Below are positions 1 through 12,499 of a stretch of DNA of 64,000 bases, in pieces. Source of the stretch: Macrostomum lignano (Eukaryota); the NCBI GenBank assembly GCA_002269645.1, contig NIVC01000217.1:496001-560000 (forward strand). Direction: 5' to 3'. The position numbers and the translations under genes were made by a program. How positions within the stretch are numbered: the first letter of the stretch is position 1; the number at the start of each line of letters is the position of its first letter. The notes beneath the pieces were generated by a model. That model was not told the origin of the DNA, ran no database searches, and saw only the letters and a list, made by a program, of their open reading frames with translations.

Positions 1-2607
1 ATTTCTAAGAAATCAAGCCTTGCGCCATAATTTTTTCTGCTTATTAATTTTCTATCAGAGACCCAAAAGCAATAAAAATTACGTTTAAAGTTCAGATGTT
101 CAAAAATCTGAAATCAGCGTTGGATCGAAATAAATGTTTTCGATTTCAACCTACTAAAGAAGTTTTCTATAATGAAACCTTATACATTGTTATTCAGAAG
201 AGAAAATATTTATCGAAATCCGTATATGAAGCTGTGCAGTATTCTTAGTGTTTTCCCCTTGAATAGTGTTTTTCCGAACTAATCTTATAGCTCAGGCTAT
301 TCTTACTTATATTGATTATTCTACTCATCTAGCCACAGAAGACGATAGGAAGTGGCTTTCCGTTTTTCTTCACTGCCTTACAAAGAGTTGGACACCGGAA
401 TCCAGCTTCCTCCCCAACTCGTTTTTGCATTCAACTACAATTCTCTGCCTGAGATTCCTCCACATTTTCCCTCACTAAATCTTTCCTATTGTCTCTCACT
501 CTCTCTAGAAATGCATTGCATTTTCCACCTGTAGAAACGGAACGCTTTGGGACGCTTTGCAAGAAAAACATTATTTGAGCAAGACAAAGTTTTAGACATC
601 CAGACAGAGACCAGGTTTGACTCTTGCGTCAGATTGCTTTGTTTAAAATTTGCTCCAGGCCTTTACAATGATCGACCATGGTATCCAAGCCCCAAGACAC
701 AGATAGTGTTACATATACGTGTTGTAACCCGGGTCGGTTTGGGTTCCCAGTCCCGAGTACAATATATATTAAACGTAATATACAGGCGTAGTGACGCTCT
801 GTCTGTACTTTTATGGATACGAGCAGGCGTGACGACGCTCTGTGATAATAATTCGATCCCGCTGGTGTTGTGACACTCAGAGTTCACGCTGCGGCTCGAG
901 GTGTGGTGGCACTCTCGAGTGCTTCTAGTCTCGATACTGTAGGTTGTACACACTATATAGAGTAGCCGGTACAGTACTACATACGCTATATGCTCTCCCG
1001 GCATTATGACGCTCTGGCTAGAACTCCCTGCAGCCTAACAAGCTCCCCAGAAAAGAATGAACTCAAGCAGCAGGCGGCTTACCAGTGGCCAAATTGCCGT
1101 TCGTACGTTTATTGCTCGTAGGTCTCAAGCCCAGGTTCGCACGTTTGTTGATTGGCTCGTAGGTCTCAAGCGCGGCTTCTAACTTCTTGTCAATTCTCAA
1201 AGACTCTTTTCAAAGACTGACTTCTCAATTGGGCTCTCGGGTTTCTGTTATCGTAGGTAGCTAATGTCGCTGTTTCTTACTCAAGTCAAGTCTCGCGCTT
1301 GCTATCTCGGAGCACACCAAAACACAAACAGCACGCAGGGCGTGGGCAAACCTGGAGTCGCACCATAAATAGCACCCAAACCCTGGGGCAGACGGCCCTA
1401 CCGGCTAAGCCCAACAAAACAACCAACCTACCCAAAGAAAATAGACTGGCCGCGCCGGCCGGCCAATCAAAACCCCGCCTAGGGGGGGGGGGCGCACCCG
1501 TGCCAAAGCTGGCCCGGCCGCAGCCAACCAGCCCTGAGCACGGGGCAGGGACACGGCTGGGGAGGGGCACGCGCAAAGCCCGGCCGCCAGCCAGACCCTG
1601 CCACGCCTGCCAACCCCCCCCCCCCCCTAGCCAGCCCCAAAGTGCAACGCGCCCTGCCAACCGACAAGGGCGCATGCACTACACACGCTTGGCACTGAGA
1701 AGTCCGCACCGCTGTACACTCTGCATGTGTGAGCGTTTTATGAGCATATCGGGAAAATGGCGTAACTTTTACGGGTCAGCTGTTGAATTGACTCGCAGCA
1801 GTGCCCCTTCCTACCTTCCTACAAAACAGGCAATCGAAAAATTTTAGACATTGCCTATTAGACGGAGGCCAAATGAGAACAACCCCAATGGCTGTCAGTG
1901 TATTGTTTCGCTTTACCTACCATGGGCAGAGACTTACTTTGTAAAGATTTGCTACTGGTAAACAGAATTGGCCTGTGGCAAACAGCAAACTCCCAGTGTA
2001 GGGTCCTAATGGAAGAATGGAAGTTAAAAAGTCACGTTTCACATATTGGTTTTAAACTTCCTCCCAACCCAAGACTAACAAAACCGGAACGATATTTATG
2101 CCTGTGACTTAAGTCAGCTTACAAGGAAGCAACTGTATTTCAGAAATTAGCTAAACCTACAATGACAGATGCCTACTTACATATATTGAGTGATGAAGAC
2201 GCGAAGAAAAAGTTTTATAGTTAACCACATTTACATCGGCAAATCGCTGAGAGAAATCAGCTTCCTGAAGAAAAACTTCACCCTTCCTAGCTGAAAACGC
2301 ACTGACAATGGCAGTGACAATTGCCCAGACCAACATCTACCTATTGACAATTCTTTTCTGTAGGGCGAAACTCCTTCTCTTTCATCCAGAAGTAAGGCAG
2401 GAGTTCACACTACTGAGTATAGCGTGAGAACTCTTCTTAATTTCTTCGATTGTTAATCGATTCCAGCTTCAAATTCAATGCGTAGAAACGTGCTACGAGC
2501 TAATTTTGTTTCTTTGCAATCTTTCCGCAATTTTTAGTTTGTTGATTAAAAAAATCCGGGAAAAACGTTTGACTTAGAGTATGGCTGTAAGCGTCTCAAA
2601 TTCGAGC

Positions 2608-2775
2608 GCTAAGCCACGCACAAACAGAGTGTTATCGGTCTGGTCGGGTAGGCGAACGCCAGCAGGTGGCAGGTGAGCAGCCGCTTGGAGAAAACGGTGG
2701 CCTGGCAGTCGGCTCTGGCGCTGTACTTTTCCGCCGACTGGAACGTGAATTCAGAAGTCGACGACTCACGCACCT
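2608..2775 (-). pseudogene. Orphan, internally deleted PAN/Apple-like exon of the WSC-PAN family
   Basis: Nucleotide match to exon 2 of the paralogs (gtcgggtaggcgaacgccagcaggtggcagg...ttggagaaaacgg..gcctggcagtcggctctggcgctg). The downstream flank 2540-2610 resembles 19820-19895. No WSC exon is adjacent. Confidence 0.8.
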
Positions 2776-3273
2776 GGAAGACAAAAGACTTTTTTTACCA
2801 CCTGTCTAGATGTTCTTAGCCAAACTTGTGTAAAGACGCAGCGAATGTGCGCCGTGCAAGTGGGATTTCAACCTACTATATACGCCCATATACAACAAAA
2901 GCAAAATATTAGATCAAACCAACTAAAATCGATCACTGGTTCCAGGTCTAGCAATCGCAGTTTTTCCGGTAAAACTTGCTTCCAATGCAATAAAGCCATC
3001 ATGATTTGGAAATTTAGCATAATCCTACTTAAGTACTGCATGAGGAAACGCAGAAATATTTTGAAACTCTGCTAATTATGATATTTGAATAACCCAGGAG
3101 AATTCTACATTTCAGTAAAGTGATAGCTGCATGGTGTGTATTATTTTAGCAACGCTTAGGAAATATGCGTAACATGTTTCAACATGCGTAAAACCATTTA
3201 AATCCAATACAAAATTCATCAAACCATGATTTTGCTTAGCTAATTCTAGTCTCTGTTTACAAAGGATGCGTGA

Positions 3274-4154
<881 letters not shown>

Positions 4155-4693
4155 TTCCTGCTGAGTTGAACTCTGCGAGAGCTCGTTTGGAGCTCGATTT
4201 TTCCGATCGCTGACTTTCCATAGTTATTTTTTTCATTGCCAACAATTTGTTTTTCACTTTTTGGAAACCACGGCAACATTCCTTGTTTTTCTCCGTTTTT
4301 TATCACAATCCCCAAAAGCAGAAAAAATGCTTCAACATGCAGTTCTGTTAAAATTTTCTACACAATTAAACCAATCCAATGGGAATTGTCTTCCGCTGTT
4401 TTGGGAAACTTGCTGTATTGATGATTCCAATCCCGGATGAAAAAAGTTTATCGAAATCGAAATTTCCAAATCATTAAACTGCATCATTGAAATGTTAGCT
4501 ATAGTATTTTTTCTTGGGTCTCTGACGACTTCGTTTTGTTTCAAGTCATGTAGTTTTTATTCTTTCAGTGTTTTAGGTAGCTCTGCCGATGATAGAAGAA
4601 TGGACCCCACTTAATTAATGTTCACACTCGTTACAACTCGTTGCAAAGTTATCGATTTTAAGTTTCCAGTTTTGTTTCAACAGGTTTCCGCGC

Positions 4694-5444
4694 TCAGCCA
4701 CGCACGTAGAGAGTCCAGTCGGGTCCGGTCAGGCTGGTTGGCGGGTAGGCGAACGCCAGCAGGTGGCAGTTGACCAGTCGCTTTGAGAAGACAGCGGCTT
4801 GGCAGTCGTCTCTGGTGCTGCACTTGGCCGCGCAACGAAGAGCCGAGTTGGCAGCAACCGGCCAATGCACAGTCAGATCGCACTTCACCGGTTGATTGGA
4901 CTGGTCAATCATCATATAGGTGTTCTTCGAAGCTTTTTGGTGAAGAGTATGTCGATTTTTATTGTTACATGTAAGTACATAAGTCAATACCTTAATTGAG
5001 CATATAGTAGATTAAGCACATACCGAGGTAGGTCAGAGCATAAACCGAGTTTCTGTTGCTGCCTCCGCAAATCTTCGTAGCGTCACCTGCGCACGGCTTG
5101 TTGCAGTTGCTCTCAAGGTCCTTACCCAGCGATCCGTACGAGTTGCCGCAGTAGCAGTCGAAATTGTTCTGCACTCCCGAGTACGCGAAGTTGACCAGAG
5201 CGCAGATGGCGCCGCATAGCTCTGGCGTCATCGCTGTGCCATCAGTTACGCGCGTGTTGGAGACGCTGTAGGGCCCGATCTGGCTGAAGCCGCTCAGCCC
5301 GTCCAAATCAATATCGTCATCGTCATCGTCGTCGTTGTAGCAGCCCAGATAGGTGAGGCGAGCAAACCTTCCAGCCACGCATGTCAAGAGAGCGCTAAGA
5401 AGCAGTGTCTGCAGGTGGATTCTGCAGGTCATTTTTGCACTCAT
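4694..5444 (-). CDS. Secreted WSC + PAN/Apple-like protein, copy 1 (exons 5444-5024, 4932-4694)
   Basis: Signal-peptide-like N-terminus; WSC motif YLGCY...MTPELCGAIC...YSGVQNNFDCYCGN...C..PC.G...CGG..RNSVY; phase-1 intron (g|gtatg ... aaaag|ct); exon 2 CAAKCSTRDDCQAAVF...CHL matches the PAN Cys pattern. Confidence 0.85.
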
Positions 5445-6096
5445 GAAGCACTAGGCGGGTTTTGCAAGGCTTAAAATTGGAATGAAATTTGAAACCAAGT
5501 ATTAGAATAAAATTTAAACAATGTGCCTCATCCAATAGGATGAGGGAAATTCAAGGGCATTCCTTTTAAAATGCTTCTATTGGACTTAAAACTGTGACAC
5601 TTGAAACTGGTAGGAAATTATTTGCCAATAGAGTTACATTTTGAATGCTTTTCTGAGACTGTTTTTCACCTCTGTGCCAACTAAAAATCCAAAGGAAAGT
5701 TCTAGTTGATGACTATTAAGCTGAATTTTGAAAGTCGAAATTGAAAATCGTTTCAAAATTTTTTAGAGAGATTCATCAATACCGAGAATCTACTAATCAG
5801 ATAGAAACATTTATGTTAATAATGGAGTTGTTTGTTTTACAATGGCGCTTGTACTAACACAGACCATAGTGGCAGTGTTTGTCAGTCAAATGGGTGTGAG
5901 CCAGATTTGACAGTAATATTTTATTGCCTATGTAGCGACACAGGTGATATTTTAGTGCCATATTATTGCTGCATGCGTGAATATTTTAAAGGTAACATGG
6001 CATTACATTTTTCTCACCAAGAGAGGAGGAAGAGATGCTTTGCATCTTCCGACAAAATCTTCTTGACATTTCCTGTGGTAAAGTTGCGCGTCTGAT

Positions 6097-6489
6097 GAAA
6101 AGCAAAATTGAGAACGTGAGCGCTATCATTTTTGTTATGCGAAATGTTTCGCCTCGCGTCAGGCATCGTCAGGCTCTTAAAATTTTTGTTACGATGTATT
6201 TCTTTATTTACTTATATTTAGCAATTTAGACAAAAACGGGTCGATAAAAGTCAGAAAATGTATGTAAATTAACAATGAGGGGGAGAGATGGAGAGAGAGA
6301 GAGAGAGATGAGCACAAGTGTACACCTAGAATACTCTAAGGAGGGCACTTTGTCTAAATTGCTAAATATATGTAAATAAACAAATACATCGTAAATGAAA
6401 TTTTAAGAGCCTGACGATGCCTGACGCGAGGCGAAACATGTCGCATAACAAAAATGATAGCAGCGCTCACGTTCTTAATTTTGCTTTTC
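6097..6489. mobile_element. MITE-like inverted-repeat element (arms about 6097-6234 and 6349-6489)
   Basis: Two arms of about 140 bp are reverse complements (gaaaagcaaaatt...agcaatttagacaaa / tttgtctaaattgct...aattttgcttttc) around a spacer of about 115 bp that contains (GA)n. TSD not resolved. Confidence 0.75.
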
Positions 6490-6749
6490 TTGACATTTTG
6501 ATAACACATGAGCAAAGTCTACGTCGTAGCTGCAATGACATCAATTCCGGAAACTACACTGAGAACTGAACACTTTTGTTCAGAGAATGGAAGGCAGAGA
6601 AACTCAGCGGTAAACGCTCCTGACTCTCGCGTCTTGACCCCTGATTCGATTCGATTCTTGGCTTGATTCGAGGCTTGCGCACAACGAAAATGGTCCATTG
6701 GGTTTGTCGTGCGATTCATAATCATGATGGCCAACCCCCAAAACACGGA

Positions 6750-6975
6750 GAATGTACATGCCTGACGATTAGAAAGTCAGGACCGCTGTACACCCCCGTG
6801 TGAGCTTATGTATGAGTGCGAGCTTGCCTGTGTGCTCGTATTGGCAGCAGTATTGGTGTGCTTATATGTACTCAGGAGCCAGCGGACTGGGCAGAATCAC
6901 CGTCAACGCTGGTTGTGGGACGTTAGCACCACACGCACAGACAAAAGCACAGGCCAGCCCCCCCCCCCGGTACTA
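6750..6975 (+). mobile_element. Partial copy (3' part) of tRNA-derived SINE family A
   Basis: tgtacatgcctgacga...ccgctgtacacccccgtgtgag matches the body of the element at 48606-48962. Confidence 0.6.
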
Positions 6976-7042
6976 AAGCTGGGTTGCACATCGGCTTGCC
7001 TCAATGCCAATGTCTACGGCCCCATTGCAATTAGTATTATTA

Positions 7043-9890
7043 CTAGCCAATTCCAACCCCCGTTGGGGCTTTCCGTCAGAACTCCTACCAAAGTTTTCCC
7101 ACGCAAAAGAAATTCACCCAACTGAACCCCCATCCAAAGAATCCCTCATCCATAAAATCCTTGATGCAAATAATCTCACATGCAAAAAATCCCTCATCCA
7201 AAGAATCCCCATACAAAGAACCCCCCATTGACAGAATCCCCGATCCAAAGAATTCTCCATTCAAGGAATCCTCTATCTGTAGAATTCCCTATTTAATGAA
7301 TCGCCCATCCGTAGAATCTCACATGCAAAGAATACCCATCCTTCCCGTCCCATCCCCATCCCATCCCATCGATAGAATCCCCGATCCGAAGAATTCCCCA
7401 TTTAAGGAATCCTCCTATCTGAAGAATACCCCGTCCAATGAATCCCTTATTCAAGAAATCCCCATCCACAGAAACCCTCTATCCAAAGAATCGCCCATCC
7501 ATCCCTATCTAAAGAACCCCCCATCCATCCCTATCCCAAGAATCCTCCTATTCATCCCTATCCAAGGAATTTCCCTATCCATTCCTATTTAAATAATCCC
7601 CTTAACCATCCATATAAAAAAATCCTCCTCTAAAAAGTCCCCCTTCGAAGAATACACATCAGAATAATTCACATCCTTAAATAATCCCCCATCAAAAAAA
7701 TAATTGGCCAATGAATCCCAGAATCCCTTCATCTAAAGAACCCCCGTTCAAATAACCCCCATCTAAAGAATCTTTCATCTAAAGAATCCCCCATTCAAAA
7801 AACCCTCCATCGAAACAATGCCCCACCGAAGAAATTCCCCAATGAATCAATGAATCCAAAGATATCCATTAGAAACATCCCTCATCCAAAGAATTATCAA
7901 TCCATAGAATTCCCCCAAGACTTAAACATCTCAGCAATTCCCCAAAGCCTCGACACCTCAGAAATTTTCCCCAAGCATTGACATCTAAGCAATTCCGGCG
8001 CAAGCCTTGACATGTTACCAATTTCTCCTCGTCCAAAGCCTTGAAATCTCAGAAATTCCCCCAAGTCTTGACATCTCAGAAATTCCCCCAAGCCTTGACA
8101 TCTCAGAAATTCACCTAAGCCTTGACATCTGAATAATTCTCCTTCCCAAGTCTTGAAATCTCAGGAACTCCCTCTTAAGCCTTGGTATCTCAGCAATTCC
8201 CAATAAGATTTGACATCTCAGCAATTTATCCCTAAGCCTTGACATCTCAGCAAGTCCCTCTTAAGCCTTCATTAATTCCCCAAGGTAGGATTTTATACAT
8301 GTATCTCAATAATTCCCCCCTGTAAATCTTAACATCTTAGAATTCTCTTCCGAGCAAGCATCCCCTGATAGAAAGTACCCCCAGCAAGATTAGTGAAGCA
8401 GTTTCCTCAGCTAGCCAATTCCAACCCCCGTTGGGGCTTTCCGTCAAAACTCTAACCACAGTTTTCCCACGCAATAAAATTTCACCCAACTGAATCTCCC
8501 ATACAAAGAACCCCCCCCATCCAAAGAATACACCACCCATAGAATCCACGATACAAAGAATCCCCCATCCAAAAAACCTCCCATCGATAGAATCACCGAT
8601 CCGAAGAATTCCCCATTCAAGGAATTCTCCTATCTGAAGAATTTCCCATCCAATGCATTGCCCATCCATAAAATCTCACATGCAAAGAATACCCTTCCAA
8701 AGAATCCCTATTTAAAAAATCCCTCATTCACAGAATCCCCATCGAAAGAATCCCCACCCATCCATATCCAAAGAAACCCCCATCCATTCATATCCAAGAA
8801 ATCCCCCATCCATCCATATCCAAAGAATCCCCCATCCATCCATATCCAAAGAATCCCCCATCCATTCATATCCAAAGAAACTCCCATCCATCCATATCCA
8901 AAGAATCCCCCATCCATTCATATCCAAGGAATCCCCCATCCATCCATATCCAAAGAATCCCCCATCCATTCATATCCAAGGAATCCCCCATCCATCCATA
9001 TCCAAAGAAACCCCCCATCCATTCATATCCAAGGAACCCCCCATCCATTCATATCCAAAGAAACTCCCCATCCATTCACATCCAAAGAAACCCCCATCCA
9101 TTCATATCCAAGGAATCCCCCATCCATCCATATCCAAAGAATCCCCCATCCATCCATATCCAAAGAAACCCCCATCCATCCATATCCAAAGAAACCCCCC
9201 ATCCATCCATATCCAAAGAATCCCCAATCCATGCATATCCAAAGAAATCCCTATCCATCCATATCCAAAGAAACCCCCATTTATCCCTATCCAAAGAATC
9301 CTCCTATCCATCCCTATCCATTCCTATCTAAAAAATCCCCCTCCAAAGAATCTCCATGAAAATAATCTACGTCCAAATAATCCCCATCCACAGAATCTCC
9401 ATCCACATTGTCCATTGATTCTCCCATCAAAAGAATAATTGGCCAAAGAATACCCTTATCTAAAAAACTCCGTTCAAAAAATCCACGTCTAAATAATCCC
9501 CATCAACAGAATCCCCCATTCAAAGAATCCAAAGAATCTCCCATCCAAATAATCCGCCCATGAATCCCCTCATCTCCTCAAGATATCCATTAGAAGCATC
9601 TCTCGTTCAAAGATTCCCCAATCCATAGAATTCCCCCCCAAGACTTAACATCTCAGCAATTCCCATCAAGCCTTGACACCTCAGAACTTCCCTCCAAGCC
9701 TTGACATCTCAGAAATTCCCTCTTAAGCCTTGGCATCTCAGTAATTCCCCCAGTAAGCCTTTATATCTCAGTAATTCCCCCAGTAAGTCTTGACATGTAA
9801 GCAATTTCTCCTCGTGCAAAGCCTTGACATCTCAGCAATTCCCTTCACGCCTTGATATCTCAGGAATTCCCTCTTAGCCTTGGCATCTCA
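7043..9890. repeat. Duplicated composite C/A-rich minisatellite block (aagaatcccccatcc... and ccttgacatctcagaaattcccc units)
   Basis: Two related modules start at about 7043 and 8411 with tagccaattccaacccccgttggggctttccgtca. The core 8720-9330 has a unit of about 27 bp. The + strand is strongly G-poor. Confidence 0.9.
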
Positions 9891-10699
9891 GTTTAATAAA
9901 AAATTTTGAATACACTACATGAATACTCGTAGCTTCTCTTCTACTGATTTACCTGACGTTTTTTTTAGTTTTCTTTTGCTTAAAAGTAAAAATTAAATTG
10001 CTAAAAAGTTGAAAATTAAATTCTTTTAATAAAAAACTTCTACAATCTAAAAATTCGAACCCACGTCGCTGCATTAGCAGGTCAGTCTGTTTACCTCTAG
10101 GCTATCTCTCATCGTTTTGAAAACATAAATTGATAACATAAATCGTCGCACTTATAAAATTCAACACTTTCAAAACTCCACGCACAGAGTAAATCACGTG
10201 AAGCAGTTATGACAATTTCTCAGGCAGTCTGTATCAGTTTCAATTAAAGTCACCAATATAGTTACACAATCTAAATCTAAATTCAATGGGGCTGGCTTGA
10301 ATTGTGGAGTTGCGATAAAGTAGGGGTTTGCGATATTGGAGAGCGTACAATGAGTATATAAAGTAAAGTTCATTGGAATCTTCTTTTTAATGATGTGCTT
10401 TTAATTTTTCGAATCTAAGCAAAAAATTATATTCCCGAACTCAGCGTTTCAAGTTCTTTCTTGCAATACAAGGCTCTCTTCTGAAAGTGAAAAACTCGAA
10501 GCACAAACAACGATTGAACATTCCTGCTATAAAGCATTCAAATTCATAAGGTGTACATTCAGCGCCAGCTACAGTGAGAGGCCTGCAAGTTGATGCATTG
10601 AAATTAACAACCAAGCCAGCCCATGAATAATTGAATAGCGACACCCGCCCCTCAATTAAAATGTGTTGCGCAACCTTTCAACGCTTGTAGCTCTCCACG

Positions 10700-11400
10700 C
10701 GAGTGTGGAGAACCAATGCTATAGTTGGCACTGAGTTATGATGCAATACAATTCCATCGGCAGTCAGACTGCTTCTCAATCGGAAAGAACTGTTTGAACT
10801 TTAAAAAACAGGGAGAAAATCGAGTTTTTCGAATATTTAAGCCCGAAAAAATGAAGCAATTTCTTAGAAAAATTTTGTGTACCAGCGCACCATCAATACG
10901 CATCGAATGCAGAAAACCCACGAAATTCCGACTATGTAGAGTCAAGTTAAGCAAAGGTTCCTATAGGTACATAGTTTTGATTTTTAGTATATTGGAAGCA
11001 TCCAGAATTTTTATTATACCCCCCCCCCTTAATTGGTTACGCAAGTTAAATAGAGTAATTATCTGGGCAGTGGGGCAAAGTGAATTTTCTTATCAGTTGG
11101 CTCTGGCGCAATCATTAAAATTGGCTGTGAAGTTTCTCGCTGCGCGCAGGCTGATAAAAAAATACACTAAAAAGGCCATTTAAAACAGTTTTTCGAATAT
11201 TTAATCCCCTTAGCATTGAGCTAGAGCTTAATAAAATTACATGTACCGTCCCGGGCACATTTGACATCTTTTGGCGAAGAAACGGAGAAAATCGGTTGAG
11301 CCTTTTGGGAGATAACCTGTTACATACCCACAGACAGACAGGGCCGGTGGAGGGGGGGTTGCTACTTTAGATATATTAGATTAGACTAGCAATCTACGCC
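10700..11400 (+). mobile_element. Non-autonomous Helitron/Helentron-like element (3' end type aaaatcggtt.agcc...acagacagaca...tatattagat)
   Basis: The terminal motif gaaaatcggttgagcc-(acag)n-tagatatattagat resembles Lep1-like Helitron ends (pattern recall). A related copy lies at about 17140-17410. Confidence 0.45.
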
Positions 11401-12480
11401 CCCCGTTGGGGAGCCAAATAAATGCAATACACGTTTTTTTAATAAGCTACATGTATCCTTGAAATCTTAAAAAATCTCCTGTCAAACCTTGTAAGCCTTG
11501 ACATGTCAGTAATTCCCCCCCCCCACAAGCTTTGACATATCAACTTCCCCCCTTGACATCTCAGCAATGCCCCCAATAAGCCTTGGAAATCTAAAAATAT
11601 CTGTCAACCTTCTAACCCTAGCCTAACCCTAACCCTAACCCTAGCCCTAACCCTAACCCTAACCTAACATTGAAATTTCAGTAATTCTCTCTAAGAGTCA
11701 CTATAGCACTACTACAGCATTATAGCGATTTCCTGCAAGCCTCGACATCGTAGGGATTCCCAAATGAATCTCTTAACTTCGACATGAAGCTTCTTTTATT
11801 TTTTACATTACGCTTTTTTTATCAGCGATCCCTCCCCTGAGGAGGCATCAAATAATGTAATAAAAAGTTTTCAATAAACTACATGTAGCTTCTGACTTTA
11901 GCCTTGAAATCTCATTTATACCCCGTGAGCCTTGACATCTCAGCTATTCCCCCCGTAAGCCTTAACATGTCAGCGATGGCCTCCATAAACCTTGAAATCT
12001 AAAAAATCCCCTGTTATTCTGTTAACCTTGAAACCCGATAAAATATAACCCTCAACCCACACCTGACCTAAACCTAACTTTAACCCAACCTAAAGCCTTG
12101 AAATCTCAGCAATTCTTCTCCCCTAAGCCTTGACATTTTAGTGATTCCTTCTTTAAGAATCACAGCACTATAACGATTTCCACCAAGCTTTGACATCGTA
12201 GCAATTCCCAAATGAATCTTTTAACTTGAACATGACTTTTCTTTTATGTATAGCTCGTACATACGCTCGTAGTGCTACTTTTATTTTTTACATGACTCTT
12301 CTTCTATAAGCGCCTCCCGTGGCGAGCCAACAAAGAATGCAATAAAAAATTGAGTAAAGTACATGAACTTTGAAGTAGCTTCTGACTTTTGCTTTGACAT
12401 CTCAGAAACCCCCCCCCCCGTAATCTCAGCAGTTATTCTCTGAGAGCCTTTACGTCTCAGTTTTTCTCCCCAGCACAGCA
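11400..12480. repeat. Degenerate ccttgacatctcag repeats with interstitial (CCCTAA)n tract at about 11610-11667
   Basis: Same units as 7910-8340; ctaaccctagcctaaccctaaccctaacc... read directly. Confidence 0.85.
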
Positions 12481-12499
12481 TTATAGCTGCATTTAATTT

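Noticed and set aside
707-1040. Solo LTR (TGTTAC...CTAACA)
   Set aside because: TG...CA ends are present, but the flanks (atag / agct) give no TSD and there is no PBS/PPT or second copy in the window.
1286-1847. GC-rich 129- and 182-aa ORFs
   Set aside because: Low-complexity G/C-run DNA, probably a retroelement terminus; no protein motif.
7161-9359. Pro/Ile-rich repetitive ORFs (and MDGGFFGYGW antisense ORFs)
   Set aside because: Products of the minisatellite; no start context, splice signals or domain signature, and equivalent ORFs occur in all frames.
11610-11667. True telomere or telomere-fusion site
   Set aside because: Under 60 bp, degenerate and embedded in a composite repeat.
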